Assembly: GCA_001643675.2 (NCBI GenBank)
Contig: LSRY02000029.1
Span: forward strand, 744,001-808,000
Reading direction: 5' to 3'
Length of the DNA stretch: 64,000 nt
DNA from: Monocercomonoides exilis PA203
Lineage: Eukaryota; Protista; Preaxostyla
Shown: in pieces, positions 50,490 to 63,507 of the stretch
Numbering within the stretch: position 1 is the stretch's first letter
Layout: each line of letters starts with the position of its first letter
Notes under the pieces: model-generated
Databases searched by the model: none
What the model was told of the DNA's origin: nothing
Seen by the model: the letters and a program-made list of their open reading frames with translations, nothing else
Translations under genes and position numbers: made by a program

Positions 50490-51273
50490 ATGTCATTCGA
50501 AAAAGCGCCTGAAAAGCGGCAAAGATACAGAATAAAAATCATTTCAATGGGGTATTGTTTTCTATTTTTCATGTTATCATCTTTTAATGTTGCATTATCG
50601 ACAGTGACAGTGGAGTTGGGAAAAGCTGCTTGATAAAACGTTTTTGCGAAAAAAAAGTATAGAAACGTTAATTTTACGAGAAATATAACCATATAAAGTT
50701 TGTTTCAAAATACATTTCAACGATTGGTGTAGATTTTGGAATGAAGCCCATTGATGTTGGAGGGGTTGATGTGAGAGTTTGAATTTTTATTGTTGGGTAT
50801 CAATTTTTTAAAAAAATTTTAGGTTAATTTGTTTGATTTCGCAGGCGCAGATTGCTATCTTGAAATAAGAAATGAATTTTATAGAGATTCTGAAGGAGTT
50901 TGAATGCTTCTGTATATTTATCACTTAAATTTAGCTTTCTCAAGGCAATTCTTGTCTTTGATGTCAATTCAAGACCAACTTTTTTAAATATTCAAAAGTG
51001 GATTGAAGAATCTGAAAAATATGGTGCTCATGATATGATAATTACTCTAATTGGTAACAAGGTTTTTAAGAAATATTCATTTAATGCGTATTAAAATTAA
51101 TTTGTCTTTAGATTGATCTAAAAAAACGTCAAGTTTCAGAAAAGGAGGCTCAATCATGGGCGATTGCAAAAGGTTTTAGATATATTGAAACATCATCTGC
51201 AACAGGTGAAGGAGTAGACACTGCGTTTTTATCTCTCATTTCCGCAGTTGCAGACAAACATAAGCAGCAATGA
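50490..51273 (+). CDS. RJL: RJL-family small GTPase (DNAJC27-like GTPase domain, no J domain), 6 exons
   Basis: Spliced product reads [39 protein letters not shown]...VNLFDFAGADCYLEIRNEFYRDSEG...GNKID...ETSSATGEG. IKxISMG, KRxCEKxFVSKY and RNEFY are RJL hallmarks. Confidence 0.88.
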
Positions 51274-51760
51274 TCTTAAAAAGTGACATTTCACCATCAT
51301 CACTTCACCATTTATATCAAAAATTTTCTTTCTTTTTATTGTTGAATTTTTAATTTCTAAATTATTTTGAACGTAAACAGAATTGAAAATTAAAAAACGA
51401 CGAAATTTCCTTTTCTTTTTTGATACAAAATTTCTTTTAATATGAACGAATTTGTTTAGAAAACGAGCAAAATTGATAAATAAAGTTTCTAACAATGTTA
51501 GGTGGTTATGTTTTTTTTTTCCATTTTACTCCGTTTTTTCACAGTATTTTTTGATTTCAAATTGACTTATGCTAAGCCACTGACAAATTTTTTTGATGTC
51601 AGTCACTTAAAAAATTTCTCAAGAAAAAAATAATATCTGATTTTCGTTTACAATTTTCATTATTGTGTATACCTTTATAAAAAACTGAGAAGAATAAGAA
51701 GAAAAGGAAAAGGAAAACAAAAAAAGAATGCCAGTTTATATTTAAGTGCATGACAGCAAA

Positions 51761-54700
51761 TCAACAGCTGAGAGGAAGCGGTGAAGCCTCAACAGCCTCA
51801 GATATGATCGAATGAATGAAATCCAGAACCGTGTTGAACATCACTTCTCTTTCAGCAGGTGCTCTTTTCAGCTTGCCAAAGGGTGAAACACTTGGCCCAG
51901 GTGCATTTAGCTCCTGCTCATCAGTTGAGATGTCCTGTGCATGCGAGACTTTCAACAGCTTCTTCAGAAGGAATGTGGATGAGGCTGTGCTTGCTGTGCT
52001 CAGCGGGATGCCAAATGCAACTGACGCAAGCTGGCGGAAAGCCAACCGAAATGCAGAAGAGCCCGAGTAATACAACCCCAAAAGAGAAGGCAGCGGGGAA
52101 GATGCGCTGCGCCGATAAGCGTCTTTTGGAGAGGACTCCATCGCATCTGAGGCTGATTCTGAGAGAGGAGACGGAAACGGCGAACCAGCCCCCAAAGCAA
52201 ACATCGCTTCAGAAGAGGGCAATGAAGACGAGCCCTCGAGCTGTCCAGATGATGGGAAGAAAGCCGATGGAGAGACAGCAGCTGCTGATACTTTTGATTG
52301 CGTGTTTGAAGAAGAATTATGAGGAGGAGGAGGAGGAGGTAGTGGTGGTGCTGGAGGCGGAGGAGGAGCAGGCGCAGGAGCAGTTGGGATGCTTTCTGAA
52401 GTGCATGAAATGTCTTTTGCTGAAGTGGAAGATATTTGAGTTGAAGCCTCATTGCTTTCTTGCTCCGATGGGCTTTGCACCAAACTGCAATCGCTGTCTG
52501 ACAATGAAAGCGATTCAGGCGATGAAACGAACGATGAACGAAAAACATCACCAAAGTTCGATTTCTTCTTCTGCTGTTCAGCTGACAATTCAGACTGTTG
52601 CTGTTTTGGATCTGACTCACAGCATTCCTTCCCATTTGGCTGTTCGCACTCTTTTCGTCCCTTCCCCAAACATTCAACCTCACTTTTGGCAGACTCAACA
52701 CCAACAGCTTTCGCTTCTGATTCCTTTCCTGAATCATCTGAGGGAGAAGCGGGAGAAGAGGACGGATGAGATTCTGTCAATTTTGTGAATGATGGCAGCT
52801 GTCGCAATGAAGTTGCATGCAACGAGTCTGACAGCTGCACAGGAGTGCCTTCATCCAGCCCTTCGTCATCTCCATTTTCATCTGAAGCATTCTCAGACAC
52901 TTTGCTTGAATTTTGGAAGAAGCTCGTCTTCGATCCAACCTCATTGAACATTTTCCCGCTTTCTCCTTTTTCTGCTTCATCTCCTGAACTGTGCTTAACC
53001 TCCCACCGCTCTTCATTATCGCACCCACTCCCGTACAAACTCCTTTCCCCTTTCTCTTCTGCAAAGCTTGAATCAAAAGGGCTGAACGGGAAGACGCTGC
53101 TGCTCTTCTGCTCTCTCTCCCCTCCTCTCTCAAGTCCCTCCATCTCCTCTCCCCCCAGCGGATCGGCGTCTCTCGCCTGTCTCAGGAGCATCCACATCAT
53201 CGACACTGCCTGTGCCGCTGGTGCTGGCCGAACAGTCATGCGATGTGCCAGAAGATCCACCAAGCAGCGCTGGATGTCTGCTGCCGACACAAACAGCACA
53301 CACTCACCAGCTGAACTTTCTCTGCTCTCACACTCGCCCGATTCCATCATAACAGTCCCAGAAGCAGAAGCAGAAGCAGAAGCAGAAGCAGAAACAGAAC
53401 AGATTGACGGATTTCCAGCACCTCGAAACTGAAAAGGTGCAAATGAAGTTCTTCTGCGCATTTTAACTGCATCCAGCGAAGACGAGGCATCAGGAACACG
53501 CACACACGAAGAGGTCGGAGGAAGGCTAAGAGATGCAGACGACAACTCAGCTGCAGAGGACAATGCGTGCTGTGTCTGAGGAAGGAGAGGCGAGCGCATC
53601 GACGACTGTGCAGAGTGCATGCTGCGGACAGCGGGCAGTTCAGAACATGATGACGAAGTGGATGAGTTCGAAAGCGGAGATGGTCGCATGGTTGCAGAGG
53701 AAGATGCACAGAATCCAGATGGCACAGAAACAGAAGAAGATATGGAAGAGGAAGAGGAATGGGAAAAAGATGAAGAAAAAGGCATCGACGGAGACAAGTC
53801 TGAAATGCGGGTGGATGTCTGAGCCATCGAAAACGACGGGCGATGTGAGTCTGCCAGCGAAATGATGCGAGGCGTTGGCATCTGTGCTTGTGCAGATGAC
53901 AAAGCAAAAGGAGAGGAAGATGAAGAGGAAGAGGAAGAACCAGCAGCTGAAGCAGACACATCGAGTGACATGCTTGTTTTGTGCTGGTCGTTCTGCGAAG
54001 AGCGAAGTGTCGAGTCAGCAGCAAGGGAAGACAGCGCAGATGACTGAGTTGCGCTGCGAATGTGACCGATGAATGCAACGTGAGTGGAGGAAATGGGAGA
54101 AAACGGAGAAATCGGCGTTGGGCATGATGGCGGAAGAGGAGACCCTGAAAAAGAGGGGTTCTGCACTGAGAAGCAGCCCAAAGAAGATGGAGTTCCAGCA
54201 GGCGAAGGGGTGATGTGCAGAGAGGAAAACGAGGAAAGTGCAGAAGAGTAGGATGGATACATCAAAAGCGAAGGAATCTTCTGCGAGTCGAGGTGAGTGA
54301 GCGAATGGACTGTCGAGACAAACGAGATGATCGAAGTGAGAAGATCGGGAGAAGCCGGAAACGATGCAACCAAAGGATGGCACTCAATCTGACCCAGTAA
54401 ATCGTTCACTTGTCGCAACGGCAATAGCGTTTTCACAAAAGTGTTGAAATGAGGAAATCAAAAATCAATCGGCGCAAGAAACAGACAAAGAAATAAAAAA
54501 TAAAACAAAAGAAAGAAGCATACAATAAAGCGAGAGCGAGTTGTGCACAAAAGACCGGTTCAAAGACACTCGCATTGCAATCAGATCTTCCTCTGAAAAG
54601 CGATCAAGCGGTTTTTCTTCCATGCAAGATGCCCCTCCCTTCAACACTTCCTGTTCAGGCTTTTGCTCTGTTCTGCAAAAAGCAACCATTCAAATCAAAA

Positions 54701-55585
54701 CAAATCAGAAAAATTTGACTTTGGCAAATAAACCACTCATCACACACATATACGGATAGTAATAGTGCAACTCTGGCTGCAGATCAGACGATGAAACCAG
54801 AAACTGTTTAAGAAGCCCAGGAGCGCAGTATCTCCACGGAACAGAGATAAACGAAGGAGGGACAAACGATGGAAACTGGTCACGGTACGGAGCACGCATC
54901 TTTGGCCTCTGTAGAAGCATTGGAGCGGAAACAATCCCAATGCCCACGAAGACGGTTGGACGAACAAGCATCCATCCATCAGACAATGAGAGATTTGGAG
55001 TGGACAGAAACTATCAAATGAATCAACGTTGAAAAAAAAGGATTCCCCAAGAAATTCATAAAAATAGTGAAGGTGCATCAAATTAAGCAAAGATACCTCT
55101 GCAACTGCATTCTGTGCATCAGGGGGTGCCAGGTCGAGGTTGTTGAATATCACTATATTCGGCAGAAGGCGCACTGGCTCTCCGTCCCTGTTTCACCCAC
55201 GCAAATGCAAATACAGTTTTATAAATTATCACTGTCAATAAAATTCAAATATCCAAAATACACACAATTCTGAAACAATATAAACAACAATTTCTCATTT
55301 TTGAGAAAAACTGCCACAAAACAAAATGCAAAAACCTATCATCCGCGACTCTTCCATGACTGCTGAGTAAAATCCAGCCGCACTTGTCTTCTCCATGTCA
55401 ATCGAAACAATGTCCAGATCAAACACCGAAAGAAGAAACTGTCTTTCATCGCCTTCCTGCTTTGTTAGCAGGCAATTCTTCCCTTCTAGCAAGCATGCCA
55501 GCGTTGTCAGCAGCAACGAGGCGTTTGATGGTGTTGATAAAAACACTTTAAGATGGCTCTTCAGCAGACATTTGCTGAAAATCAT
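51761..55585 (-). CDS. Multi-exon hypothetical protein with degenerate MoxR/ChlI-type AAA+ similarity and Ser-rich inserts; 5' end uncertain
   Basis: LLTTLACLLEGKNCLL, NIVIFNNLDLAPPDAQNAVAE and FVSAADIQRCLVDLLAHRM occur in the order of MoxR-type motifs, but Walker A and B are absent. Confidence 0.5.
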
Positions 55586-56291
55586 GCGCCATGAGATAAT
55601 TGTGGGTGCGTCAAAAACATTTTTTTTCCTTTTAATTGCATGCTGACTCTTCCATTATGAACTGTGACTGAAAAAAGATTCTAAATACAGTCGTCGTTGT
55701 TTAAAGATGAGCAAAACGTTTCTTCAAACAACAAAAAGATAAAAGATATATTTTTGAAAAGGAACAGATTGATAACGAAGGACAAATGAATTCAAATGTG
55801 TTTTTTCCTTAAAATTTCACCTCTTCCATCAATTTTTCCACATGATTATTTCTGAATTATCACATTAATTGAAAAATGTTTCCAAAAAATTCCATCAAGT
55901 CGATATCACCAAACTTTTTCAACACGTTTCTTTATTGAACATAAAACACAACTCCAAAAAAGTTATTTGATCTTTCATTTCTTGTGCGAAGTGTTTCATT
56001 ATTAACAACGAATTATTTTTCTAAAAACATTCGAAATACGCTTTTTATCTCATTTGAAAAAAAAAATTAAACAAGAAAAGTTATTGTGTTCGTCTGAATT
56101 AAAAATACAATAAATATTCAATAGGAATAATTTTTCAATTTCAAAATTATTTCATTAATGCTGAAATACGTGATAAAAGAAATTTGAAAAATAAACGTGA
56201 ATAAGTGAGTGAGAAAGTGTGTGCGCAATAAAATTGTTCGAAAAAAAAATGAATTATTGGTTGAATAATAAAATAAATAATAGAGCAAAAT

Positions 56292-56342
56292 AGTGAGTGA
56301 GTGAGTGAGTGAGTGAGTGAGTGAGTGAGTGAGTGAGTGAGT
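56292..56342. repeat. (GAGT)n microsatellite at the 5S array border
   Basis: About 12 perfect AGTG units. Confidence 0.9.
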
Positions 56343-56678
56343 TAATGAATGAATGAATGAGTGAATGAATGATAAAACAAGTGAATGTATTTTGAAAGTA
56401 AGAGAGGGGGAGAGAATAGGGGAATAAGGGAAGGAAGAAAAGAAAAGAAAAAAGAAAGAGCGTAGTGGTTAATAAAAAAAGGGAATGAAAAAGAAAGGGT
56501 GAAAGAAAGAAGAAGAAAGTTAAAGTTGAAGAGAAAGAGAAAGAGAAAGAGAAAAAAAAAAAGATGAAGATGAAGATGATTGGGAAAGATATTTTGATGA
56601 TGAGAAAAGAAATTGAAAAAGAGAGAGAAAGAGAAAGAAAGAAAAAAAAGAAGGATAGATGGGGAAGATGGGGAAGAT

Positions 56679-56685
56679 TATAAAA
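56679..56685 (+). promoter_or_regulatory. TATA-like box (TATAAAA) at -31 of 5S rRNA, present in every unit
   Basis: TATAAAA lies 31 nt upstream of the first 5S start, in an upstream sequence that is the same in all 7 units. Confidence 0.65.
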
Positions 56686-56709
56686 GGGAAGTTTGAGGAA
56701 GTGTGTGTG

Positions 56710-56826
56710 AGCTACGGCCATAGTTGGTCATACGCACCGGATCCCTTCAGACCTCCGAAGTTAAGCGGCCAACGCTGGGTTAGTACTTGGATGGGTGACC
56801 GCCTGGAAAAACCCAGTGCTGTAGCT
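56710..56826 (+). rRNA. 5S rRNA, copy 1
   Basis: Terminal helix AGCTACGGC/GCTGTAGCT; box A-like CGAAGTTAAGC; TTAGTACTTGGATGGGTGACCGCCTGG loop E/box C region; T-run terminator. Confidence 0.95.
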
Positions 56827-57822
56827 TTTCTTCTTTTTCTTTTCCATCTTTTCCATCTTTTTCATCTTTTTCATTATTTTCTCTCTCCTTCTTTATTTTT
56901 TGACTTTTTTTTTTCTATTTCTCATTCAAAGAACCTCTTCTCTTTTCTTTTCACACCTTCTCTTCTTTTCTTTTCTCTTCACTTATTCATTCCTCTCCTC
57001 TTTTTCAATTCAACCTTTTCACTTTTTCCTATTTCTCTTCACTTTCTATCCTGCCTTCATTATTAATTATTATTTTTTCTTTAATTATTATTCCACACCT
57101 TCCCTTCTATTACCCATCTCAAATCAAATTCTTAATGAGAAATATACAAGATGAATGAAAACAAAATGTTAAGAATACAAAATGAGAGAGAGAAAGAAAA
57201 TGAGGGAGAAAGAGAAAAGAGAGTGCAAATGGATAGATGAATAAAGTGAATGAATGAATAAAAAAAGGAAAATAAGAAATCATGCAACACACATTGAAAT
57301 GGAATAGAATTGAAATTACAATGATGTGAAGCGATTTCAAAAGTGAAAGTGAAAGAGAGAAAGATAACAGTTCATGAACGATTGAATGAATGTGGAATTG
57401 AATGTTGAATTGAATGGTAGAAAGAATGATGAATTATTGATTGAATTGATAAAATGAATAATTGAGTGAATGATTGAAGGAGTGAATGAATGAATGAAAT
57501 TTGAAAGTGAGAGAGGGGGAGAGAATAGGGGAATAAGGGAAGGAAGAAAAGAAAAGAAAAAAGAAAGAGCGTAGTGGTTAATAAAAAAGGAGAATGAAAA
57601 AGAAAGGGTGAAAGAAAGAAAGAAGAAGAAAGTTAAAGTTGAAGAGAAAGAGAAAGAGAAAGAAGAAAAGAAGAAGAAGATGATGATTGGGAAAGTTATT
57701 GTGATGATGAGAAAAGAAATTGAAAAAGAAAGAAAGAAAAGAGAAAATAAGAAAAAGAAAAAGAAGGATAGATGGGGAAGATGGGGAAGATTATAAAAGG
57801 GAAGTTTGAGGAAGTGTGTGTG

Positions 57823-57939
57823 AGCTACGGCCATAGTTGGTCATACGCACCGGATCCCTTCAGACCTCCGAAGTTAAGCGGCCAACGCTGGGTTAGTACT
57901 TGGATGGGTGACCGCCTGGAAAAACCCAGTGCTGTAGCT
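57823..57939 (+). rRNA. 5S rRNA, copy 2
   Basis: Identical to copy 1. Confidence 0.95.
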
Positions 57940-58935
57940 TTTCTTCTTTTTCTTTTCCATCTTTTCCATCTTTTTCATCTTTTTCATTATTTTCTCTCTC
58001 CTTCTTTATTTTTTGACTTTTTTTTTTTCTATTTCTCATTCAAAGAACCTCTTCTCTTTTCTTTTCACACCTTCTCTTCTTTTCTTTTCTCTTCACTTAT
58101 TCATTCCTCTCCTCTTTTTCAATTCAACCTTTTCACTTTTTCCTATTTCTCTTCACTTTCTATCCTGCCTTCATTATTAATTATTATTTTTTCTTTAATT
58201 ATTATTCCACACCTTCCCTTCTATTACCCATCTCAAATCAAATTCTTAATGAGAAATATACAAGATGAATGAAAACAAAATGTTAAGAATACAAAATGAG
58301 AGAGAGAAAGAAAATGAGGGAGAAAGAGAAAAGAGAGTGCAAATGGATAGATGAATAAAGTGAATGAATGAATAAAAAAAGGAAAATAAGAAATCATGCA
58401 ACACACATTGAAATGGAATAGAATTGAAATTACAATGATGTGAAGCGATTTCAAAAGTGAAAGTGAAAGAGAGAAAGATAACAGTTCATGAACGATTGAA
58501 TGAATGTGGAATTGAATGTTGAATTGAATGGTAGAAAGAATGATGAATTATTGATTGAATTGATAAAATGAATAATTGAGTGAATGATTGAAGGAGTGAA
58601 TGAATGAATGAAATTTGAAAGTGAGAGAGGGGGAGAGAATAGGGGAATAAGGGAAGGAAGAAAAGAAAAGAAAAAAGAAAGAGCGTAGTGGTTAATAAAA
58701 AGGAGAATGAAAAAGAAAGGGTGAAAGAAAGAAAGAAGAAGAAAGTTAAAGTTGAAGAGAAAGAGAAAGAGAAAGAAGAAAAGAAGAAGAAGATGATGAT
58801 TGGGAAAGTTATTGTGATGATGAGAAAAGAAATTGAAAAAGAAAGAAAGAAAAGAGAAAATAAGAAAAAGAAAAAGAAGGATAGATGGGGAAGATGGGGA
58901 AGATTATAAAAGGGAAGTTTGAGGAAGTGTGTGTG

Positions 58936-59052
58936 AGCTACGGCCATAGTTGGTCATACGCACCGGATCCCTTCAGACCTCCGAAGTTAAGCGGCCAACG
59001 CTGGGTTAGTACTTGGATGGGTGACCGCCTGGAAAAACCCAGTGCTGTAGCT
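58936..59052 (+). rRNA. 5S rRNA, copy 3
   Basis: Identical to copy 1. Confidence 0.95.
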
Positions 59053-60049
59053 TTTCTTCTTTTTCTTTTCCATCTTTTCCATCTTTTTCATCTTTTTCAT
59101 TATTTTCTCTCTCCTTCTTTATTTTTTGACTTTTTTTTTTTCTATTTCTCATTCAAAGAACCTCTTCTCTTTTCTTTTCACACCTTCTCTTCTTTTCTTT
59201 TCTCTTCACTTATTCATTCCTCTCCTCTTTTTCAATTCAACCTTTTCACTTTTTCCTATTTCTCTTCACTTTCTATCCTGCCTTCATTATTAATTATTAT
59301 TTTTTCTTTAATTATTATTCCACACCTTCCCTTCTATTACCCATCTCAAATCAAATTCTTAATGAGAAATATACAAGATGAATGAAAACAAAATGTTAAG
59401 AATACAAAATGAGAGAGAGAAAGAAAATGAGGGAGAAAGAGAAAAGAGAGTGCAAATGGATAGATGAATAAAGTGAATGAATGAATAAAAAAAGGAAAAT
59501 AAGAAATCATGCAACACACATTGAAATGGAATAGAATTGAAATTACAATGATGTGAAGCGATTTCAAAAGTGAAAGTGAAAGAGAGAAAGATAACAGTTC
59601 ATGAACGATTGAATGAATGTGGAATTGAATGTTGAATTGAATGGTAGAAAGAATGATGAATTATTGATTGAATTGATAAAATGAATAATTGAGTGAATGA
59701 TTGAAGGAGTGAATGAATGAATGAAATTTGAAAGTGAGAGAGGGGGAGAGAATAGGGGAATAAGGGAAGGAAGAAAAGAAAAGAAAAAAGAAAGAGCGTA
59801 GTGGTTAATAAAAAAGGAGAATGAAAAAGAAAGGGTGAAAGAAAGAAAGAAGAAGAAAGTTAAAGTTGAAGAGAAAGAGAAAGAGAAAGAAGAAAAGAAG
59901 AAGAAGATGATGATTGGGAAAGTTATTGTGATGATGAGAAAAGAAATTGAAAAAGAAAGAAAGAAAAGAGAAAATAAGAAAAAGAAAAAGAAGGATAGAT
60001 GGGGAAGATGGGGAAGATTATAAAAGGGAAGTTTGAGGAAGTGTGTGTG

Positions 60050-60166
60050 AGCTACGGCCATAGTTGGTCATACGCACCGGATCCCTTCAGACCTCCGAAG
60101 TTAAGCGGCCAACGCTGGGTTAGTACTTGGATGGGTGACCGCCTGGAAAAACCCAGTGCTGTAGCT
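60050..60166 (+). rRNA. 5S rRNA, copy 4
   Basis: Identical to copy 1. Confidence 0.95.
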
Positions 60167-61165
60167 TTTCTTCTTTTTCTTTTCCATCTTTTCCATCTTT
60201 TTCATCTTTTTCATTATTTTCTCTCTCCTTCTTTATTTTTTGACTTTTTTTTTTTCTATTTCTCATTCAAAGAACCTCTTCTCTTTTCTTTTCACACCTT
60301 CTCTTCTTTTCTTTTCTCTTCACTTATTCATTCCTCTCCTCTTTTTCAATTCAACCTTTTCACTTTTTCCTATTTCTCTTCACTTTCTATCCTGCCTTCA
60401 TTATTAATTATTATTTTTTCTTTAATTATTATTCCACACCTTCCCTTCTATTACCCATCTCAAATCAAATTCTTAATGAGAAATATACAAGATGAATGAA
60501 AACAAAATGTTAAGAATACAAAATGAGAGAGAGAAAGAAAATGAGGGAGAAAGAGAAAAGAGAGTGCAAATGGATAGATGAATAAAGTGAATGAATGAAT
60601 AAAAAAAGGAAAATAAGAAATCATGCAACACACATTGAAATGGAATAGAATTGAAATTACAATGATGTGAAGCGATTTCAAAAGTGAAAGTGAAAGAGAG
60701 AAAGATAACAGTTCATGAACGATTGAATGAATGTGGAATTGAATGTTGAATTGAATGGTAGAAAGAATGATGAATTATTGATTGAATTGATAAAATGAAT
60801 AATTGAGTGAATGATTGAAGGAGTGAATGAATGAATGAAATTTGAAAGTGAGAGAGGGGGAGAGAATAGGGGAATAAGGGAAGGAAGAAAAGAAAAGAAA
60901 AAAAGAAAAGAGCGTAGTGGTTAATAAAAAAGGAGAATGAAAAAGAAAGGGTGAAAGAAAGAAAGAAGAAGAAAGTTAAAGTTGAAGAGAAAGAGAAAGA
61001 GAAAGAAGAAAAGAAGAAGAAGATGATGATTGGGAAAGTTATTGTGATGATGAGAAAAGAAATTGAAAAAGAAAGAAAGAAAAGAGAAAATAAGAAAAAG
61101 AAAAAGAAGGATAGATGGGGAAGATGGGGAAGATTATAAAAGGGAAGTTTGAGGAAGTGTGTGTG

Positions 61166-61282
61166 AGCTACGGCCATAGTTGGTCATACGCACCGGATCC
61201 CTTCAGACCTCCGAAGTTAAGCGGCCAACGCTGGGTTAGTACTTGGATGGGTGACCGCCTGGAAAAACCCAGTGCTGTAGCT
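61166..61282 (+). rRNA. 5S rRNA, copy 5
   Basis: Identical to copy 1. Confidence 0.95.
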
Positions 61283-62277
61283 TTTTCTTCTTTTTCTTTT
61301 CCATCTTTTCCATCTTTTCATCTTTTTCATTATTTTCTCTCTCCTTCTTTATTTTTTGACTTTTTTTTTCTATTTCTCATTCAAAGAACCTCTTCTCTTT
61401 TCTTTTCACACCTTCTCTTCTTTTCTTTTCTCTTCACTTATTCATTCCTCTCCTCTTTTTCAATTCAACCTTTTCACTTTTTCCTATTTCTCTTCACTTT
61501 CTATCCTGCCTTCATTATTAATTATTATTTTTTCTTTAATTATTATTCCACACCTTCCCTTCTATTACCCATCTCAAATCAAATTCTTAATGAGAAATAT
61601 ACAAGATGAATGAAAACAAAATGTTAAGAATACAAAATGAGAGAGAGAAAGAAAATGAGGGAGAAAGAGAAAAGAGAGTGCAAATGGATAGATGAATAAA
61701 GTGAATGAATGAATAAAAAAAGGAAAATAAGAAATCATGCAACACACATTGAAATGGAATAGAATTGAAATTACAATGATGTGAAGCGATTTCAAAAGTG
61801 AAAGTGAAAGAGAGAAAGATAACAGTTCATGAACGATTGAATGAATGTGGAATTGAATGTTGAATTGAATGGTAGAAAGAATGATGAATTATTGATTGAA
61901 TTGATAAAATGAATAATTGAGTGAATGATTGAAGGAGTGAATGAATGAATGAAATTTGAAAGTGAGAGAGGGGGAGAGAATAGGGGAATAAGGGAAGGAA
62001 GAAAAGAAAAGAAAAAAGAAAGAGCGTAGTGGTTAATAAAAAAGGAGAATGAAAAAGAAAGGGTGAAAGAAAGAAAGAAGAAGAAAGTTAAAGTTGAAGA
62101 GAAAGAGAAAGAGAAAGAAGAAAAGAAGAAGAAGATGATGATTGGGAAAGTTATTGTGATGATGAGAAAAGAAATTGAAAAAGAAAGAAAGAAAAGAGAA
62201 AATAAGAAAAAGAAAAAGAAGGATAGATGGGGAAGATGGGGAAGATTATAAAAGGGAAGTTTGAGGAAGTGTGTGTG

Positions 62278-62393
62278 AGCTACGGCCATAGTTGGTCATA
62301 CGCACCGGATCCCTTCAGACCTCCGAAGTTAAGCGGCCAACGCTGGGTTAGTACTTGGATGGGTGACCGCCTGGAAAACCCAGTGCTGTAGCT
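62278..62393 (+). rRNA. 5S rRNA, copy 6 (one A shorter in the A-run)
   Basis: As copy 1 but CTGGAAAACCC instead of CTGGAAAAACCC; possibly a homopolymer sequencing error. Confidence 0.92.
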
Positions 62394-63390
62394 TTTCTTC
62401 TTTTTCTTTTCCATCTTTTCCATCTTTTTCATCTTTTTCATTATTTTCTCTCTCCTTCTTTATTTTTTGACTTTTTTTTTTTCTATTTCTCATTCAAAGA
62501 ACCTCTTCTCTTTTCTTTTCACACCTTCTCTTCTTTTCTTTTCTCTTCACTTATTCATTCCTCTCCTCTTTTTCAATTCAACCTTTTCACTTTTTCCTAT
62601 TTCTCTTCACTTTCTATCCTGCCTTCATTATTAATTATTATTTTTTCTTTAATTATTATTCCACACCTTCCCTTCTATTACCCATCTCAAATCAAATTCT
62701 TAATGAGAAATATACAAGATGAATGAAAACAAAATGTTAAGAATACAAAATGAGAGAGAGAAAGAAAATGAGGGAGAAAGAGAAAAGAGAGTGCAAATGG
62801 ATAGATGAATAAAGTGAATGAATGAATAAAAAAAGGAAAATAAGAAATCATGCAACACACATTGAAATGGAATAGAATTGAAATTACAATGATGTGAAGC
62901 GATTTCAAAAGTGAAAGTGAAAGAGAGAAAGATAACAGTTCATGAACGATTGAATGAATGTGGAATTGAATGTTGAATTGAATGGTAGAAAGAATGATGA
63001 ATTATTGATTGAATTGATAAAATGAATAATTGAGTGAATGATTGAAGGAGTGAATGAATGAATGAAATTTGAAAGTGAGAGAGGGGGAGAGAATAGGGGA
63101 ATAAGGGAAGGAAGAAAAGAAAAGAAAAAAGAAAGAGCGTAGTGGTTAATAAAAAAGGAGAATGAAAAAGAAAGGGTGAAAGAAAGAAAGAAGAAGAAAG
63201 TTAAAGTTGAAGAGAAAGAGAAAGAGAAAGAAGAAAAGAAGAAGAAGATGATGATTGGGAAAGTTATTGTGATGATGAGAAAAGAAATTGAAAAAGAAAG
63301 AAAGAAAAGAGAAAATAAGAAAAAGAAAAAGAAGGATAGATGGGGAAGATGGGGAAGATTATAAAAGGGAAGTTTGAGGAAGTGTGTGTG

Positions 63391-63507
63391 AGCTACGGCC
63401 ATAGTTGGTCATACGCACCGGATCCCTTCAGACCTCCGAAGTTAAGCGGCCAACGCTGGGTTAGTACTTGGATGGGTGACCGCCTGGAAAAACCCAGTGC
63501 TGTAGCT
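63391..63507 (+). rRNA. 5S rRNA, copy 7
   Basis: Identical to copy 1. Confidence 0.95.

Noticed and set aside
56710-63507. CRISPR-like or satellite interpretation of the tandem repeats
   Set aside because: Spacers are identical rather than unique, the conserved core is 5S rRNA, and no cas genes are present in this eukaryotic sequence.
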